Source: Verrucomicrobiota bacterium
GTDB lineage: Bacteria > Verrucomicrobiota > Verrucomicrobiia > Opitutales > Cerasicoccaceae
Direction: 5' to 3'
NCBI GenBank assembly: GCA_039818205.1
Contig: JBCBUK010000006.1
Location: 1-64,000 of the forward strand
DNA: 64,000 bases
Below the pieces are notes generated by a model, which was not told the DNA's origin, searched no databases, and saw only the letters and a program-made list of their open reading frames with translations. Of the stretch, positions 38,519-48,702 are shown in pieces. The position numbers and the translations under genes are program-made. How positions within the stretch are numbered: position 1 is the stretch's first letter; each line of letters starts with the position of its first letter.

Positions 38519-39916
38519 CTAGTGGGCTCCTTCGCCACTAAGAACCGCCGGTAGCGTTCGGCACAGGATACGAATATCCAGCCAGAGACTCCACCGATCG
38601 ATATATTCGAGGTCCAGGCGAACCCATTCGGCGAAGTCGCTGATTTCCGAGCGACCCGATACTTGCCAGAGTCCGGTGAGGCCAGGGAGAACGCTGAGGC
38701 GTCGGCGGTCGCGGAAGGCGGAAAACTTTTGAGTCTCGTCAACGGGGAGTGGGCGCGGGCCCACCAGGCTCATCTCGCCCCTGATCACGTTCCATAGCTG
38801 AGGTAGCTCATCGAGACTGTAACGGCGTAGCCAGCGCCCGAATCGAGTTACGCGCGGATCGTTCTTCATTTTGAAAACGGGTCCCGCATGCTCGTTCGCT
38901 TCCTCAAGTGCATCGCGTTGTGCTTCGGCACCGCATTGCATCGTGCGGAATTTCCACATGGCAAACGGGCGTCCCCGCCAACCGGTGCGTTGCTGGCGGA
39001 AAAATACGGGGCCCCTTGAGGTCAGTTTGACGCCGATTGCCAGGGCGATCAAAATCGGGCTCAAGGCGGCTGCTAGGCAAAGTCCACCGATTACATCAAA
39101 TGCCCGCTTGTAAAAGAACTTACCTTCATAGTGTGGGACCGTTGAGAACACGACGATGGGCTCTCCGCCAAACTCATCAAACTCGGGTCGTGCCAACAGG
39201 GGAGATAGGAAGTCAGCCCGGTACCAGACCTCGACTCCTTGTTCTTCCGCCGTCTCGATCGCCCGCTGCGCATTGGGATGATTACCCAGGAGAACCAGAT
39301 CATATCCGCCATTCGATAGCTCGTTTCCCATCGAGTCGATATCATCCAAGGTCGTGACCAGCTTGACTGAGGCATGGTCATGCCGATTGAAGCGTTCCTG
39401 GATGACCGGCGCTTCATCGCCTGGACAGACTAGCAGGGCCCGCAGCGGACGGGCGCGGAAGCGGCGCTGTATGACGAGTTTCCGAAACAGCAGTTCCTTC
39501 ACCAGCAGGTAGCCAGCGAACAGGCCAAAGAATCCAAATAGCAACGATCGGTTGACGTTGACGATCGAGAAGAAAAAGAAAAATACGGTGACGAGGCCGA
39601 GGCCAATCAGCGTTGATTTAAGGACCGCAAAGATAATCTTCCGACGCCCAATGAAGAAATCCATTGAGTAAAAGCGATTCGACCAAAGGGATAAGAACAG
39701 GCACAACAGGATCACCGCAAAGAGCCAGCCCTGGTCGGTTAGGTGCTCAACGCCTTGCAGTTTGAACGGATAGCCGGTCAGCTTGGTTAGCCAGCGTTCG
39801 ATTAGCGGGGAGGCGAAGAAGAGTGTCAGGTAGATCGCCTCAAGAATGACCACCGAAGCCACAGCATCCATCAGGAAACTGCAGGTGCGGTACATTCGCT
39901 TTTGTCGCCCCAACAT
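38519..39916 (-). CDS. Polyprenyl glycosylphosphotransferase (priming sugar transferase)
   Basis: N-terminal TMs; KRAFD, KFRTM, DPRVT, SLDELPQLWNVIRGEMSLVGPRP and PGLTGLWQVSGR. Confidence 0.93.
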   Translation of the reverse strand: MLGRQKRMYRTCSFLMDAVASVVILEAIYLTLFFASPLIERWLTKLTGYPFKLQGVEHLTDQGWLFAVILLCLFLSLWSNRFYSMDFFIGRRKIIFAVLKSTLIGLGLVTVFFFFFSIVNVNRSLLFGFFGLFAGYLLVKELLFRKLVIQRRFRARPLRALLVCPGDEAPVIQERFNRHDHASVKLVTTLDDIDSMGNELSNGGYDLVLLGNHPNAQRAIETAEEQGVEVWYRADFLSPLLARPEFDEFGGEPIVVFSTVPHYEGKFFYKRAFDVIGGLCLAAALSPILIALAIGVKLTSRGPVFFRQQRTGWRGRPFAMWKFRTMQCGAEAQRDALEEANEHAGPVFKMKNDPRVTRFGRWLRRYSLDELPQLWNVIRGEMSLVGPRPLPVDETQKFSAFRDRRRLSVLPGLTGLWQVSGRSEISDFAEWVRLDLEYIDRWSLWLDIRILCRTLPAVLSGEGAH

Positions 39917-40011
39917 AAGTGAGCGGCCAATACTACAGAAAACACCTGAGTTTTCAAGACGGTTTCATTCCGTTGAACCCGGAATGACGCCCTAAGCAGG
40001 ATAAGGCCGAA

Positions 40012-40389
40012 TCACACTGAAAAGCTTTCGCCACAAGAGCAACTGCTCTTGGCGTTCGGATTACTGAATTTAAATCCTCCACCAACCATTTTGTCTGAAA
40101 AGTCCATTTCAGTGCCTTTCAGGTAAAGGGCGCTTTTCATATCAACGACGACCGATACGCCACCGGTCGGCACGAGGATGTCGCTTTTCTTGGGTGCACC
40201 AACAAATTTGGTCTTATACGACAGGCCGTTGCAGCCTCCGCCGGTGATCGCGATCCGCAGGTAGGACTTACCATCCTCACGTTCCAGCAAGCTTGTAATC
40301 TTTTTGCCGGCGGCATTCGTGAGTTTTACCAGGCGCTCATCTCCGACGCGGACATCGGCGGGCGGCTGAATGGTGGCATTACTAGACAT
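40012..40389 (-). CDS. HesB/IscA Fe-S cluster assembly accessory protein
   Basis: GGGCNGLSY and NPNAKSSCSCGESF. Confidence 0.92.
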   Translation of the reverse strand: MSSNATIQPPADVRVGDERLVKLTNAAGKKITSLLEREDGKSYLRIAITGGGCNGLSYKTKFVGAPKKSDILVPTGGVSVVVDMKSALYLKGTEMDFSDKMVGGGFKFSNPNAKSSCSCGESFSV

Positions 40390-40431
40390 ACTACTAGCCA
40401 AACCTCGAACCGGGAAAAAATCAAGTATCCG

Positions 40432-41193
40432 TTACGGTTCTGCTTTCGATGGGGTTTCAGTCGTTATGACCTCGTCGACAATCTCGGAGATCGAATAGAC
40501 TTTGAGGAGTAGGGAGCCCTTCTTGCGAGGCGGCTTCATTATCAGGAGAACACGGCTATCGGGAGCAAAGGTAAGGCTGTTCTCAAACAGTAGCTTCGGG
40601 CCGTCTTTGGAGTCTGTTGCGATGCTGATCAGCAGGGGATCTTCATGGTAGGGCAGAAATGAGAAGGCCGGTGAGGGCCCCGGTGGAATGACTAGCCGCT
40701 CTTTGCCCATGCGGGCTATCAGTTGGATGTTTGTGGCATTGATCGCGATAATCGAGCCCCGCGGAAATGATCCCGGACTATCATCGATTCCCAGTACGGT
40801 AAATTCGTGCTTTTGCTCGTTCTTTGTCGGGAGCGACTTGAACATTAGCAATGCGTCGTCCCAGCGCTCGCTGAGATCGTAGGTCGCAACGACAACTCGC
40901 TTGGTGGCCTTTGGGTCACTCTCGGTTGGCGCTGGTTTCTCCCGGAAAAACCTGATGGGGTTCGGTCCGTGGTAGTTGATGGTCTCTGATCGATTTAAAT
41001 TACTGAAACTTAGCTCGGTGACCAATCCAGGTTCGGATTCGACTTTGATCTTATGGAAATTTCCTTTTCCAAGGGGCAGAACACTAAATTGGAGGGCGAT
41101 CGTTTGTGGACGCTCTTCCTGAGCAAACAAGGCCACTCCGGTTCCCCAAAGGATGAACAGGCAGAGGGTTAGATGTCTTTTTCGCTTAACCAT
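40432..41193 (-). CDS. Hypothetical secreted protein
   Basis: Signal peptide; overlaps the 3' end of the large pilin-like gene. Confidence 0.7.
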   Translation of the reverse strand: MVKRKRHLTLCLFILWGTGVALFAQEERPQTIALQFSVLPLGKGNFHKIKVESEPGLVTELSFSNLNRSETINYHGPNPIRFFREKPAPTESDPKATKRVVVATYDLSERWDDALLMFKSLPTKNEQKHEFTVLGIDDSPGSFPRGSIIAINATNIQLIARMGKERLVIPPGPSPAFSFLPYHEDPLLISIATDSKDGPKLLFENSLTFAPDSRVLLIMKPPRKKGSLLLKVYSISEIVDEVITTETPSKAEP

Positions 41194-44126
41194 TGAAATT
41201 CAAGGATGTAGAATTTTCGCCCAAATTGGCTGGCCGGATTTTCATAGTCGGTCGAGCTCGGAAAATCAATACCGACGGGTTCGGGGAATCGCTGCACGAG
41301 CGCTTCACACCAGGCTTGGGCTTTGGATTCATGAGTAATGGGGTCTTTGGCTTCACCGAATGCGCGGATAACGAAAGTGTCCGAACGCACTTGCAAATAT
41401 GGTGCCAAAACGTTGAGCAGGTCGGCTTGGGTGACGAAGCTGGGCGAATAGCGTGGAAACTTATTTGCGGCGTTGGCTTCGTCTTCGTAGGCCGCAAGAC
41501 TTGCCGTGTTAATGCGCGTTTGGTCGATTGCGTCTTGCAGTAACCCGGAGTTCACGAGCTCTTTGATCGATGAAAAGGGTTGTCCGTGGACCCGCAGTTG
41601 GTCGACGATTGCGCTGGCGAGCTCCGTAACATCATCGATTTGATCTGGATTGTTGCCATCCCGTAGTTCCCGCATTCCGACTGAGTAAGCGGCCGACCAT
41701 TCGGGTTCCGCCTGGGTGGCTGTCTTTCGATAGCGCTTGTACCAGTCTCCTTTGTCGGCTTGCGTGGCCTCCGGGTAGTTTTCGATACCGTCGTCTCCTG
41801 TTGTGGCCGGATGGTGAGCCGTTCTGTTGGCGTTGTGGGGAAAGCGAAAGACTGCGTTTTTGACGTGTTGCCGGCGAAGGGCTGGCTCATCGGGGTCGAA
41901 CTGCCGGTATTGCCAATTGTAGAGGTGCACCGACGAGAGCATGGAGCGCCAGGCGTCGACAGAGGTCGAGTTTGCATTGAAGGCGCCGGTCAGGAGGAAT
42001 GCAGCAGCAGCCTGATTGGGGTTGGTGGGGTCAACCGTTGCGGTTGGGTGAGTTTCCAGATGATGGTTGGGTAGTGGGTCGCCATATTGTCTTTGGTTCA
42101 GCGTGGAAAAGAAGTAGCGGTCAAAGGCCGCGTTGTGATTCTGCCCCCAGGGGTTGCCGATGGCGAAGGGCCCTTTGCCTTCAAACTGCAGGTGCTGCAG
42201 GAAGCCGATGGAAACCGGTTCAATGGTTGGGTAGTCAAAAAAGCTCAGGTAGCTCGGGGCATAGAACACCCCATTGCCGCCGAAAAAGAAAGTGGTGCCG
42301 CGTGCGAATACTCCAAGGTCCGCCGCAGCCATCGCGGGGTCGTCATTAACGTAGACCAAGCCATTGTCCTCATTGCTGAGATCGATGATGGCTTGGCGTG
42401 GGTCGACCTCGCTACTCCATGCCTGGAGCTGGTTTAGCTGGAGCTCTTCTTCGAACTGAAAGTGATAGGCTGCCTGATATTCGCCATAGGGCACCAGGTT
42501 TTCTCGAGAGCGAAGGTTAGCCTGAGCATCAAGGCTGGTAAATTCGACATTCTGGAACTCCTGGATCAGCCGTCCGTTGCGAGTAAGCAGGCGGATCGTC
42601 AAATTTGTCCTGGGAGCATCCAAGTGGATAAAATCTCGCTGGATGCCGGGATCGTGGTCTCGGATGCGTTCCGAAAGATCCAGAGAGCTCCTGACCTGAA
42701 ATGTCTGGAGCTCGCCGGGTCCTAAGGGCCCGCGGATGTCAACCGCGACGCCTTCTTGCACTGAAAACGTCCGTCTGGACTCTGCGTAGGGGAAACGCAT
42801 GCGGTTGGGATAGAAGCTAAAGCGGCCACGCTCATACTCGCGGCGATTTGGGCTGCCTTTACCGGTTTCCCATAGGCCACTGACTCGAGGGAGGCCGAGA
42901 ACTTGGATCTCAAGATCATCTGTTCCGGTCGGCGAGAATCCCATGCTCGTTGCGTAAGGGTTCCAGAGGTCCCCGCGAACGGTGATTTCGCAGCGCAGGC
43001 GGTTGGAATTGATGTTGGTTTTGTAGACTCCCAGATACACTGCGAACTCGGTGAGAACTGGACCCGCCGAAGCAACCGCGTTCCCAGTTTGATATGGATT
43101 CGTGGTTCGCGGTCCACTTGGGCTGATGTCATGCCCGGTTACGATGATCTGATCCTCGAGGTTCGGTCGAGTGCCAAGGAATTGCCGGACACTCGCGTCG
43201 AGCGGAAAGGGGCCAGCGTTGTCCACGAGATGTGGGTTGCTCAGGTCCTTCTTTAGGCCACCGCGTTTCGTATTTACCAGCACACCCCGAGACAGGTAGG
43301 TGAGATCCGGGCGGTGGTATTGCAGCTCGCCGATTTGGGCAGCGGGGTCGACTTGGTTGAGCGTGCTGATGATTTCGAGCTGATCGCTACTGATTGTGGT
43401 ATCGATCGCATTGCCCGCGTTTTGATCCCAGACATCGATTGGCGAATGAGCATTGGCCTCTTCGATGGTTTTGATCGAATCGAACAGCTTTTCGAATCGA
43501 GGGCGGTCCGCAGTTGATTGCAATAGCCGTTGAAATTCCAAGGGGTCCAAGCGCAGCACGGTGGGATTCGCATTGAATTGATCCAGCCTTCCGTTCTTGG
43601 CAATGCTGGCCTTCACGCCTTCGTCCGACACCCAATACGCAATGACGTCGATGGGGTTCTGCTGATCGATCGGTACGGCATCCACATAGACGTGCCGGTC
43701 GGCAAGGGGGCCAAAAAAGTCGTTACCTGCGATCAACACTGAACCCTGTGCGCGGACGTTTCCTGGGCCCGATACGAGCCATTTGGGTTCGGTATCCATC
43801 TGGGTGGTGTTCCAGACACCGGTCCAGTATTGATTTTGCGGGTGGTAGCTACCATCTCCAAGAATCTCCGCCCGCGCCGTAACGCGCTGGTCCGGTCCCG
43901 CAGCTGATTGCAATTGGGCCAAGGCGCTCCGCATCGCATACATGGCATTCATGCGGGCGCGAATTTCAGCTCCCTCAGTGGAGGCATTACTTATCTCGAC
44001 GCGGGTGAACGCGGCAAGGCTCAGCAGCAGCAAAACGATGAAGGCCATCAAGCTCAGCGCAATCACCAGCGCGAAACCTCGTCGGTTTGGGAAGGTATCT
44101 GGCTGGTGGACACGCGCGTTCATCAC
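41169..44126 (-). CDS. Large PilX/GspK-like prepilin protein (Verru_Chthon cassette A-like)
   Basis: RRG|FALVIALSLMAF, ARMNA..AL.QLQ.AAGPDQRVTARA, YWVSDEGVKA and RSDTFVIRAFG...FGRKF. Confidence 0.75.
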   Translation of the reverse strand: MMNARVHQPDTFPNRRGFALVIALSLMAFIVLLLLSLAAFTRVEISNASTEGAEIRARMNAMYAMRSALAQLQSAAGPDQRVTARAEILGDGSYHPQNQYWTGVWNTTQMDTEPKWLVSGPGNVRAQGSVLIAGNDFFGPLADRHVYVDAVPIDQQNPIDVIAYWVSDEGVKASIAKNGRLDQFNANPTVLRLDPLEFQRLLQSTADRPRFEKLFDSIKTIEEANAHSPIDVWDQNAGNAIDTTISSDQLEIISTLNQVDPAAQIGELQYHRPDLTYLSRGVLVNTKRGGLKKDLSNPHLVDNAGPFPLDASVRQFLGTRPNLEDQIIVTGHDISPSGPRTTNPYQTGNAVASAGPVLTEFAVYLGVYKTNINSNRLRCEITVRGDLWNPYATSMGFSPTGTDDLEIQVLGLPRVSGLWETGKGSPNRREYERGRFSFYPNRMRFPYAESRRTFSVQEGVAVDIRGPLGPGELQTFQVRSSLDLSERIRDHDPGIQRDFIHLDAPRTNLTIRLLTRNGRLIQEFQNVEFTSLDAQANLRSRENLVPYGEYQAAYHFQFEEELQLNQLQAWSSEVDPRQAIIDLSNEDNGLVYVNDDPAMAAADLGVFARGTTFFFGGNGVFYAPSYLSFFDYPTIEPVSIGFLQHLQFEGKGPFAIGNPWGQNHNAAFDRYFFSTLNQRQYGDPLPNHHLETHPTATVDPTNPNQAAAAFLLTGAFNANSTSVDAWRSMLSSVHLYNWQYRQFDPDEPALRRQHVKNAVFRFPHNANRTAHHPATTGDDGIENYPEATQADKGDWYKRYRKTATQAEPEWSAAYSVGMRELRDGNNPDQIDDVTELASAIVDQLRVHGQPFSSIKELVNSGLLQDAIDQTRINTASLAAYEDEANAANKFPRYSPSFVTQADLLNVLAPYLQVRSDTFVIRAFGEAKDPITHESKAQAWCEALVQRFPEPVGIDFPSSTDYENPASQFGRKFYILEFQWLSEKDI

Positions 44127-44331
44127 AGTAGTTCAGTAGTATCAGAACTGATGGTGTATCAATTCTGCCAGAAGTTCTGTCGAAACTTTTGGCAGAATTC
44201 AGCACTAAAATGCACGTCAACGGTTACAAAATAATAACTGTTGAGCCGTCTGGAGCAGGATTCGACCGATTCGGTCTGGGGCTACAGCAGGTAGGGTGAT
44301 CGGGCCGCTACCTGCTTGGGTATTGAAATTC

Positions 44332-45837
44332 CTACCGAACGAGCTCGGGCTCGCCAGGGCGCCAGGTTTTCTCAAACCACGGCTCAAGTGGACCGTAGAG
44401 GCGGAAGATCATGTTCCAGCCACGTCCGGGAATGGTTTGAACCCAGTTGTTCTCCTGTCCCTTTGGTGCTTCAGGACCAAAATAGACGTCGTAGGAGCCA
44501 TCGTCGTTTTGAATAACGCCGGCCTGCTTGTCATCGATCCCGGGAAACTGTTGATCGGTTTGTAGCATTGAGCGGGTTTGGTTATCGTAAAGGGTGAAGG
44601 ACCAAAAATCCTTGGCGGGGACCTCGGGCGGAACGCGCACCTTATAGGTCTTGCTTCCATCCAGTGGATTGCCTTCGGCGTCGAGGAAGGTGTAGGCGTA
44701 CTTCGACCCCTTGCCGATAATCTTCTTGGCCATCGCGGGGGTGATGCCTGTGGCATAAAAGTGAAAGCCAGCCCGTGCATTCAAGAGCTTAGCGCCATCG
44801 TGCATCCATTCGTAGTCACCACCTGGGAATGGGTTCATCCAAACGCTTTCGCCTGGATAAAAATAGAACATCTCACTCCTCGGCTTGGACATGATGGTCT
44901 TAACGCAGACGGAACCGGCAGCAGCGGCTTTCTCGAGAATTTTCTGCATGCGGGCATCGGGCTCAAAGGGTTGACCTTTCTTTATGCCGATTGACGCAAG
45001 GATGCCGAGGATTTCAGGGCTCTCACCAAAGCTCGGTTCGGTTTGGACGACCTCGTTGATCTCGGCGAAGATCTCGGCGTCCATCCGGTGGATTGTGTTG
45101 AGCTCTTTCCCGGAGACGTTGACGAAGGTCATCTTGGGCGGGTTGTTTTTTTGCGAGAGCGGGTAGATGCGAAACTTTTGTTGGGTGGCATCAACGGCCT
45201 GCTTCGTGGATCCGTCGACTTGGAATCCGCGCCAGATGATCCAGTTGCCATAGGTGTTGGTGCGGGCTACGTGATAGCCTTCGGGGACCTCTCCTTCGTA
45301 ACCGGGAGGCAAGATCAGGAATTTACCACCTTTGCCTTGATCCGGTCCGAGGCGGCCAAAGTCGGCTACGTATTTGAACCAGTGGTCGTCAATAATACCG
45401 AGGACATCCGGTGGGGTCTCAATAACCATGGGTTCGTCATCCAGTTGGAGCCAAGCCATCTGGTAGACACTCGTGGTGTTGGCGGTCAGGAAGAGCGCCT
45501 TGGAATCCATCAACTCAGCAAACTGGACGACCGTGGTGTTTGCGGGGCCGAACTCCAGTAGGCCCTTGCGCATGGCATCCATCGACGCGATTTGAATGCC
45601 GCTCATGTAGGCCTGAAAGGCGTGTTGAAAATCCAAGAAACTGTAGACCTTCTCGACGGTTGCCTCATCGGGCACGCCATCAAAGAACGTTAGATCCCCA
45701 AGCCGGGTGTCGATGTTGTCGGGAGTGGTGATGCCAGGAGGAATCTCGGTGGTCATCTTCATCTTGGCAGGTTCGGCGGCCAGAACGTTTGCCAACCCAA
45801 GGGCCAACACTGCTAGGGAGAGACGTAGAGCAATCAT
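44332..45837 (-). CDS. DUF1254/DUF1214 exported protein
   Basis: LTANTTSVY, GPDQGKGGKFLILPPGY, FWSFTLYD and FRLYGP. Confidence 0.85.
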   Translation of the reverse strand: MIALRLSLAVLALGLANVLAAEPAKMKMTTEIPPGITTPDNIDTRLGDLTFFDGVPDEATVEKVYSFLDFQHAFQAYMSGIQIASMDAMRKGLLEFGPANTTVVQFAELMDSKALFLTANTTSVYQMAWLQLDDEPMVIETPPDVLGIIDDHWFKYVADFGRLGPDQGKGGKFLILPPGYEGEVPEGYHVARTNTYGNWIIWRGFQVDGSTKQAVDATQQKFRIYPLSQKNNPPKMTFVNVSGKELNTIHRMDAEIFAEINEVVQTEPSFGESPEILGILASIGIKKGQPFEPDARMQKILEKAAAAGSVCVKTIMSKPRSEMFYFYPGESVWMNPFPGGDYEWMHDGAKLLNARAGFHFYATGITPAMAKKIIGKGSKYAYTFLDAEGNPLDGSKTYKVRVPPEVPAKDFWSFTLYDNQTRSMLQTDQQFPGIDDKQAGVIQNDDGSYDVYFGPEAPKGQENNWVQTIPGRGWNMIFRLYGPLEPWFEKTWRPGEPELVR

Positions 45838-45929
45838 ATGAAATTTTAGTAGAGGTACGGAATTTTTGTTTAGATTGAACAAATGATAGCTCTACCCGCT
45901 CTTTGCGAGATTGCAATCCTGGTCCTTCT

Positions 45930-48497
45930 TTAAGCTTTTCCCGGAAGCGTTGTTTGCACGAGCTGATTGGCTGCGTCGAAGTGTTTGCGGGCGAAGGCAT
46001 GAAGCTGATCCAGCGTCAGGGCACGAACCCGGTCAGGATAGTCCCGCCAGTTATTTGGGTCTTTGCCATAGAGGGCACTTAAGCAAGCCTGCATAGCGCG
46101 CGAGCCTGGTGCCTGCTGGCTTTGCTGACGACGGACCACAAGCCGCGTGCGGCAGGCGTTGAACTCGCTGGTGGTGAGTCCACCGGCCTTTGCGCGTTCG
46201 ACTTCCTTGAAAATCTCCGCCAACACGTCTTGGGCTTGGGCAGCACTGGTGCCCGCGTAGAAGTTGAACATGCCGCAGTCAAGCCCGGTCAATCGTTGAG
46301 AGCCAACGTAGTAGGCCATGCCGCGCTCTTCCCGTACCTGTTGAAACAGCTGGCTGGACATGCCACTAAATATCTCGTCCAGCGCCTCGCCGACCAGGTG
46401 ATCCTCTGACTGGCGGATGCCCACATCGGGGTAGGCCACGAGAACCACTGCCTGCTCGCGATCGCGGTGGAGCTCGAGTGTCTGGCTGCCAACCGGTTTT
46501 GGCTGGGTCATCGTGACCGGATCAAATTCTGCGCGAAGGCCATCGATGATTGGCCCAAGTGTATCGACAACTTGACTGCGGTCGAACTGACCTGAGACCG
46601 CGATTGCGGTATTTGGGCCAGCGATCAAGCGGGCTCCAAGGGCGCGGGCATCCTCAACGGTCATGGCCTGAAGGTCTTCCTCGCGGCCCAGGTAGTCGAT
46701 GCCGTAGGGGTGCTCGCCAAAGAAATTGGACCGGAGACGGCGACGGCTCCATTCCAAGACCTCGTCTTCGTCTTCCTGCAGGGAGGCGAATTGGGCATCG
46801 CGCTCAATCGTGAAGGCTTCATCCAGGTACTTTGAGTGGTGCAAGGCTTGGCCAAGGAGATCAGCAGCGAGGCTAAAGTCACCGCTCAGGGTTTCGAGCG
46901 AAAGACCAAAGGTATTGTTGCCTACAAATTCGCCGAACGAGCCGCCAACGGATTCAATGTCGTTCGCGATCTCGGAATAACTGCGTTTCTGCGTGTCGCG
47001 GGTGAGGATGGAGGCAAGCACGCCGCTGACACCTCGCTGGTTGCTGGCTTCCCACGCGGGGCCGCCCAGGGCCACGTAGCGTATGTGCGTCTTGGGCAGG
47101 TTGCCACCTGGTTGCAGGAGCAGGCGTGCGCCATTGGCAAACTGGACCTCTTCGAAGTCGGTCAGGCCACTGGAATGGTTCGCGGTGGAAATGTTAACGG
47201 CCTTGACGGCTGGCTCGATCGAAACCGCCGTCTCGCATTGAGGAACGAGGTATCGTTGGGCCACCGTTTGGATTGCTTCGGCTGAGAGGTTTCCAAGCTG
47301 GGCCAAGTGTTGGCGTGGAAAGCCAAGATCGCCAGCTACCACTTCAGCTGCCCCAAGGCGAGAAGCCTGGCCGGAAATGGTTTTGCGTGTGTTCACTTCA
47401 GCAACGACGGATTGGCGGACGGCCTTTGCGACTTCTTCCGCCAGGGGGAGCCTGTTTTGAACGCGGGTGAGCTCATCGTGAATTGCCTTTTCCACGATCT
47501 CCCGCTTGCCGGGATCGCATAGGTAGGTGATCCACAGGAGGCCGTGAGAACCGGGGTTCCAGCAGCCCGCATCGATCTGGTGAACCAGGCGTTGCTCTTC
47601 GCGGATACGTTGCCAAAGCCACGAACTCGATCCGCTGCCGAGTAGCCGAGCCAGAACATCCATGGCAGGCGCATCGGTGTGGCCGAGGCCCGGGACCTTG
47701 TAGCCAATCATACCACGTACGACATTGTAGTCACCGGTTTCCCGGTCAGATCGCGGTGCTAGCTGAGTGGGCTCTTCTGGATACCAAGCTGGGCTGAGTT
47801 GCCTCATCGGCTCCGCCGAAAAATACTTTTCTGCGAGCTGCTGGCAGGCTTCCGAATCGATCGCGCCGGCGACGACTAAGACGACGTTGTTGGGTGCATA
47901 GCGCCCGGCATAGTAGGAGCGCAGCTCGTCCTCGGTAACGCCTTCAAAAAGCGTCCGATGGCCAATTACCGGATGGCGATACGGATGTTCGCGAAAGGCG
48001 GTTTGGGCAAACGTGTGAAATTGTTTGCGATCGGGGTCATCGAGGCCCATGTCGATTTCGCGCAGAATAACGTCGCGCTCACGCGTGATTTCGGCCGACG
48101 GCAAGGTGGAGTGAAACACCATATCCGAGAGTAGGTCGAAGCAGGTCTCGGCCGCATTGGCTGGCGCATCGATGTAGTAGACCGTGCGATCGAAGGTGGT
48201 GTAGGCATTGATGTAGCCACCGCTGGCATGGATTTCCCGTGTGATGTCCAGTGAACCCCGTTTGTCCGTGCCCTTGAAGAGCAGGTGCTCGAGGTAATGG
48301 GAGAGGCCAGCACCAATTTTGTCACTTTCGTGAATGCTCCCCGTTTTTACCCAGGTTTGGACCGAGACCAACTCTGCGGAGTGATCCTCTTTGTGAATCA
48401 CCGTTAGGCCATTTTCGAGAATGGTCCGATTGACGGTTTCGCTCTCGATGGCGCGCAATAAGGGGTCAGAACTTGGCTCCTGGTGGTATTGGGACAT
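45930..48497 (-). CDS. M16 (pitrilysin) family zinc peptidase
   Basis: HYLEH inverted zinc motif and NAYTTFDRTVY; two-module architecture. Confidence 0.93.
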   Translation of the reverse strand: MSQYHQEPSSDPLLRAIESETVNRTILENGLTVIHKEDHSAELVSVQTWVKTGSIHESDKIGAGLSHYLEHLLFKGTDKRGSLDITREIHASGGYINAYTTFDRTVYYIDAPANAAETCFDLLSDMVFHSTLPSAEITRERDVILREIDMGLDDPDRKQFHTFAQTAFREHPYRHPVIGHRTLFEGVTEDELRSYYAGRYAPNNVVLVVAGAIDSEACQQLAEKYFSAEPMRQLSPAWYPEEPTQLAPRSDRETGDYNVVRGMIGYKVPGLGHTDAPAMDVLARLLGSGSSSWLWQRIREEQRLVHQIDAGCWNPGSHGLLWITYLCDPGKREIVEKAIHDELTRVQNRLPLAEEVAKAVRQSVVAEVNTRKTISGQASRLGAAEVVAGDLGFPRQHLAQLGNLSAEAIQTVAQRYLVPQCETAVSIEPAVKAVNISTANHSSGLTDFEEVQFANGARLLLQPGGNLPKTHIRYVALGGPAWEASNQRGVSGVLASILTRDTQKRSYSEIANDIESVGGSFGEFVGNNTFGLSLETLSGDFSLAADLLGQALHHSKYLDEAFTIERDAQFASLQEDEDEVLEWSRRRLRSNFFGEHPYGIDYLGREEDLQAMTVEDARALGARLIAGPNTAIAVSGQFDRSQVVDTLGPIIDGLRAEFDPVTMTQPKPVGSQTLELHRDREQAVVLVAYPDVGIRQSEDHLVGEALDEIFSGMSSQLFQQVREERGMAYYVGSQRLTGLDCGMFNFYAGTSAAQAQDVLAEIFKEVERAKAGGLTTSEFNACRTRLVVRRQQSQQAPGSRAMQACLSALYGKDPNNWRDYPDRVRALTLDQLHAFARKHFDAANQLVQTTLPGKA

Positions 48498-48660
48498 GGC
48501 CGCAGCAAACGCGGACTCCGCTCAAGTTTAAAGGCTAAAGTGCCCGGTTAGAATGATCAGTGATTCAATAAAATATACATGACGGCATCCGAAGTGGGTA
48601 TTCGGCAATGGGACCAACCATAATTTACTTGTAGATCTAAGAATCTGTTCCGGAAAAAAG

Positions 48661-48698
48661 TTTCTGTTTTACAATAATTAATTTCTGTGAAACAGTAA
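48661..48698. promoter_or_regulatory. Tandem 17-bp imperfect palindromes, probable operator for the downstream HTH regulator
   Basis: TTTCTGTTTTACAATAA (48661-48677) and TTTCTGTGAAACAGTAA (48682-48698). Confidence 0.65.
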
Positions 48699-48702
48699 AA
48701 AT

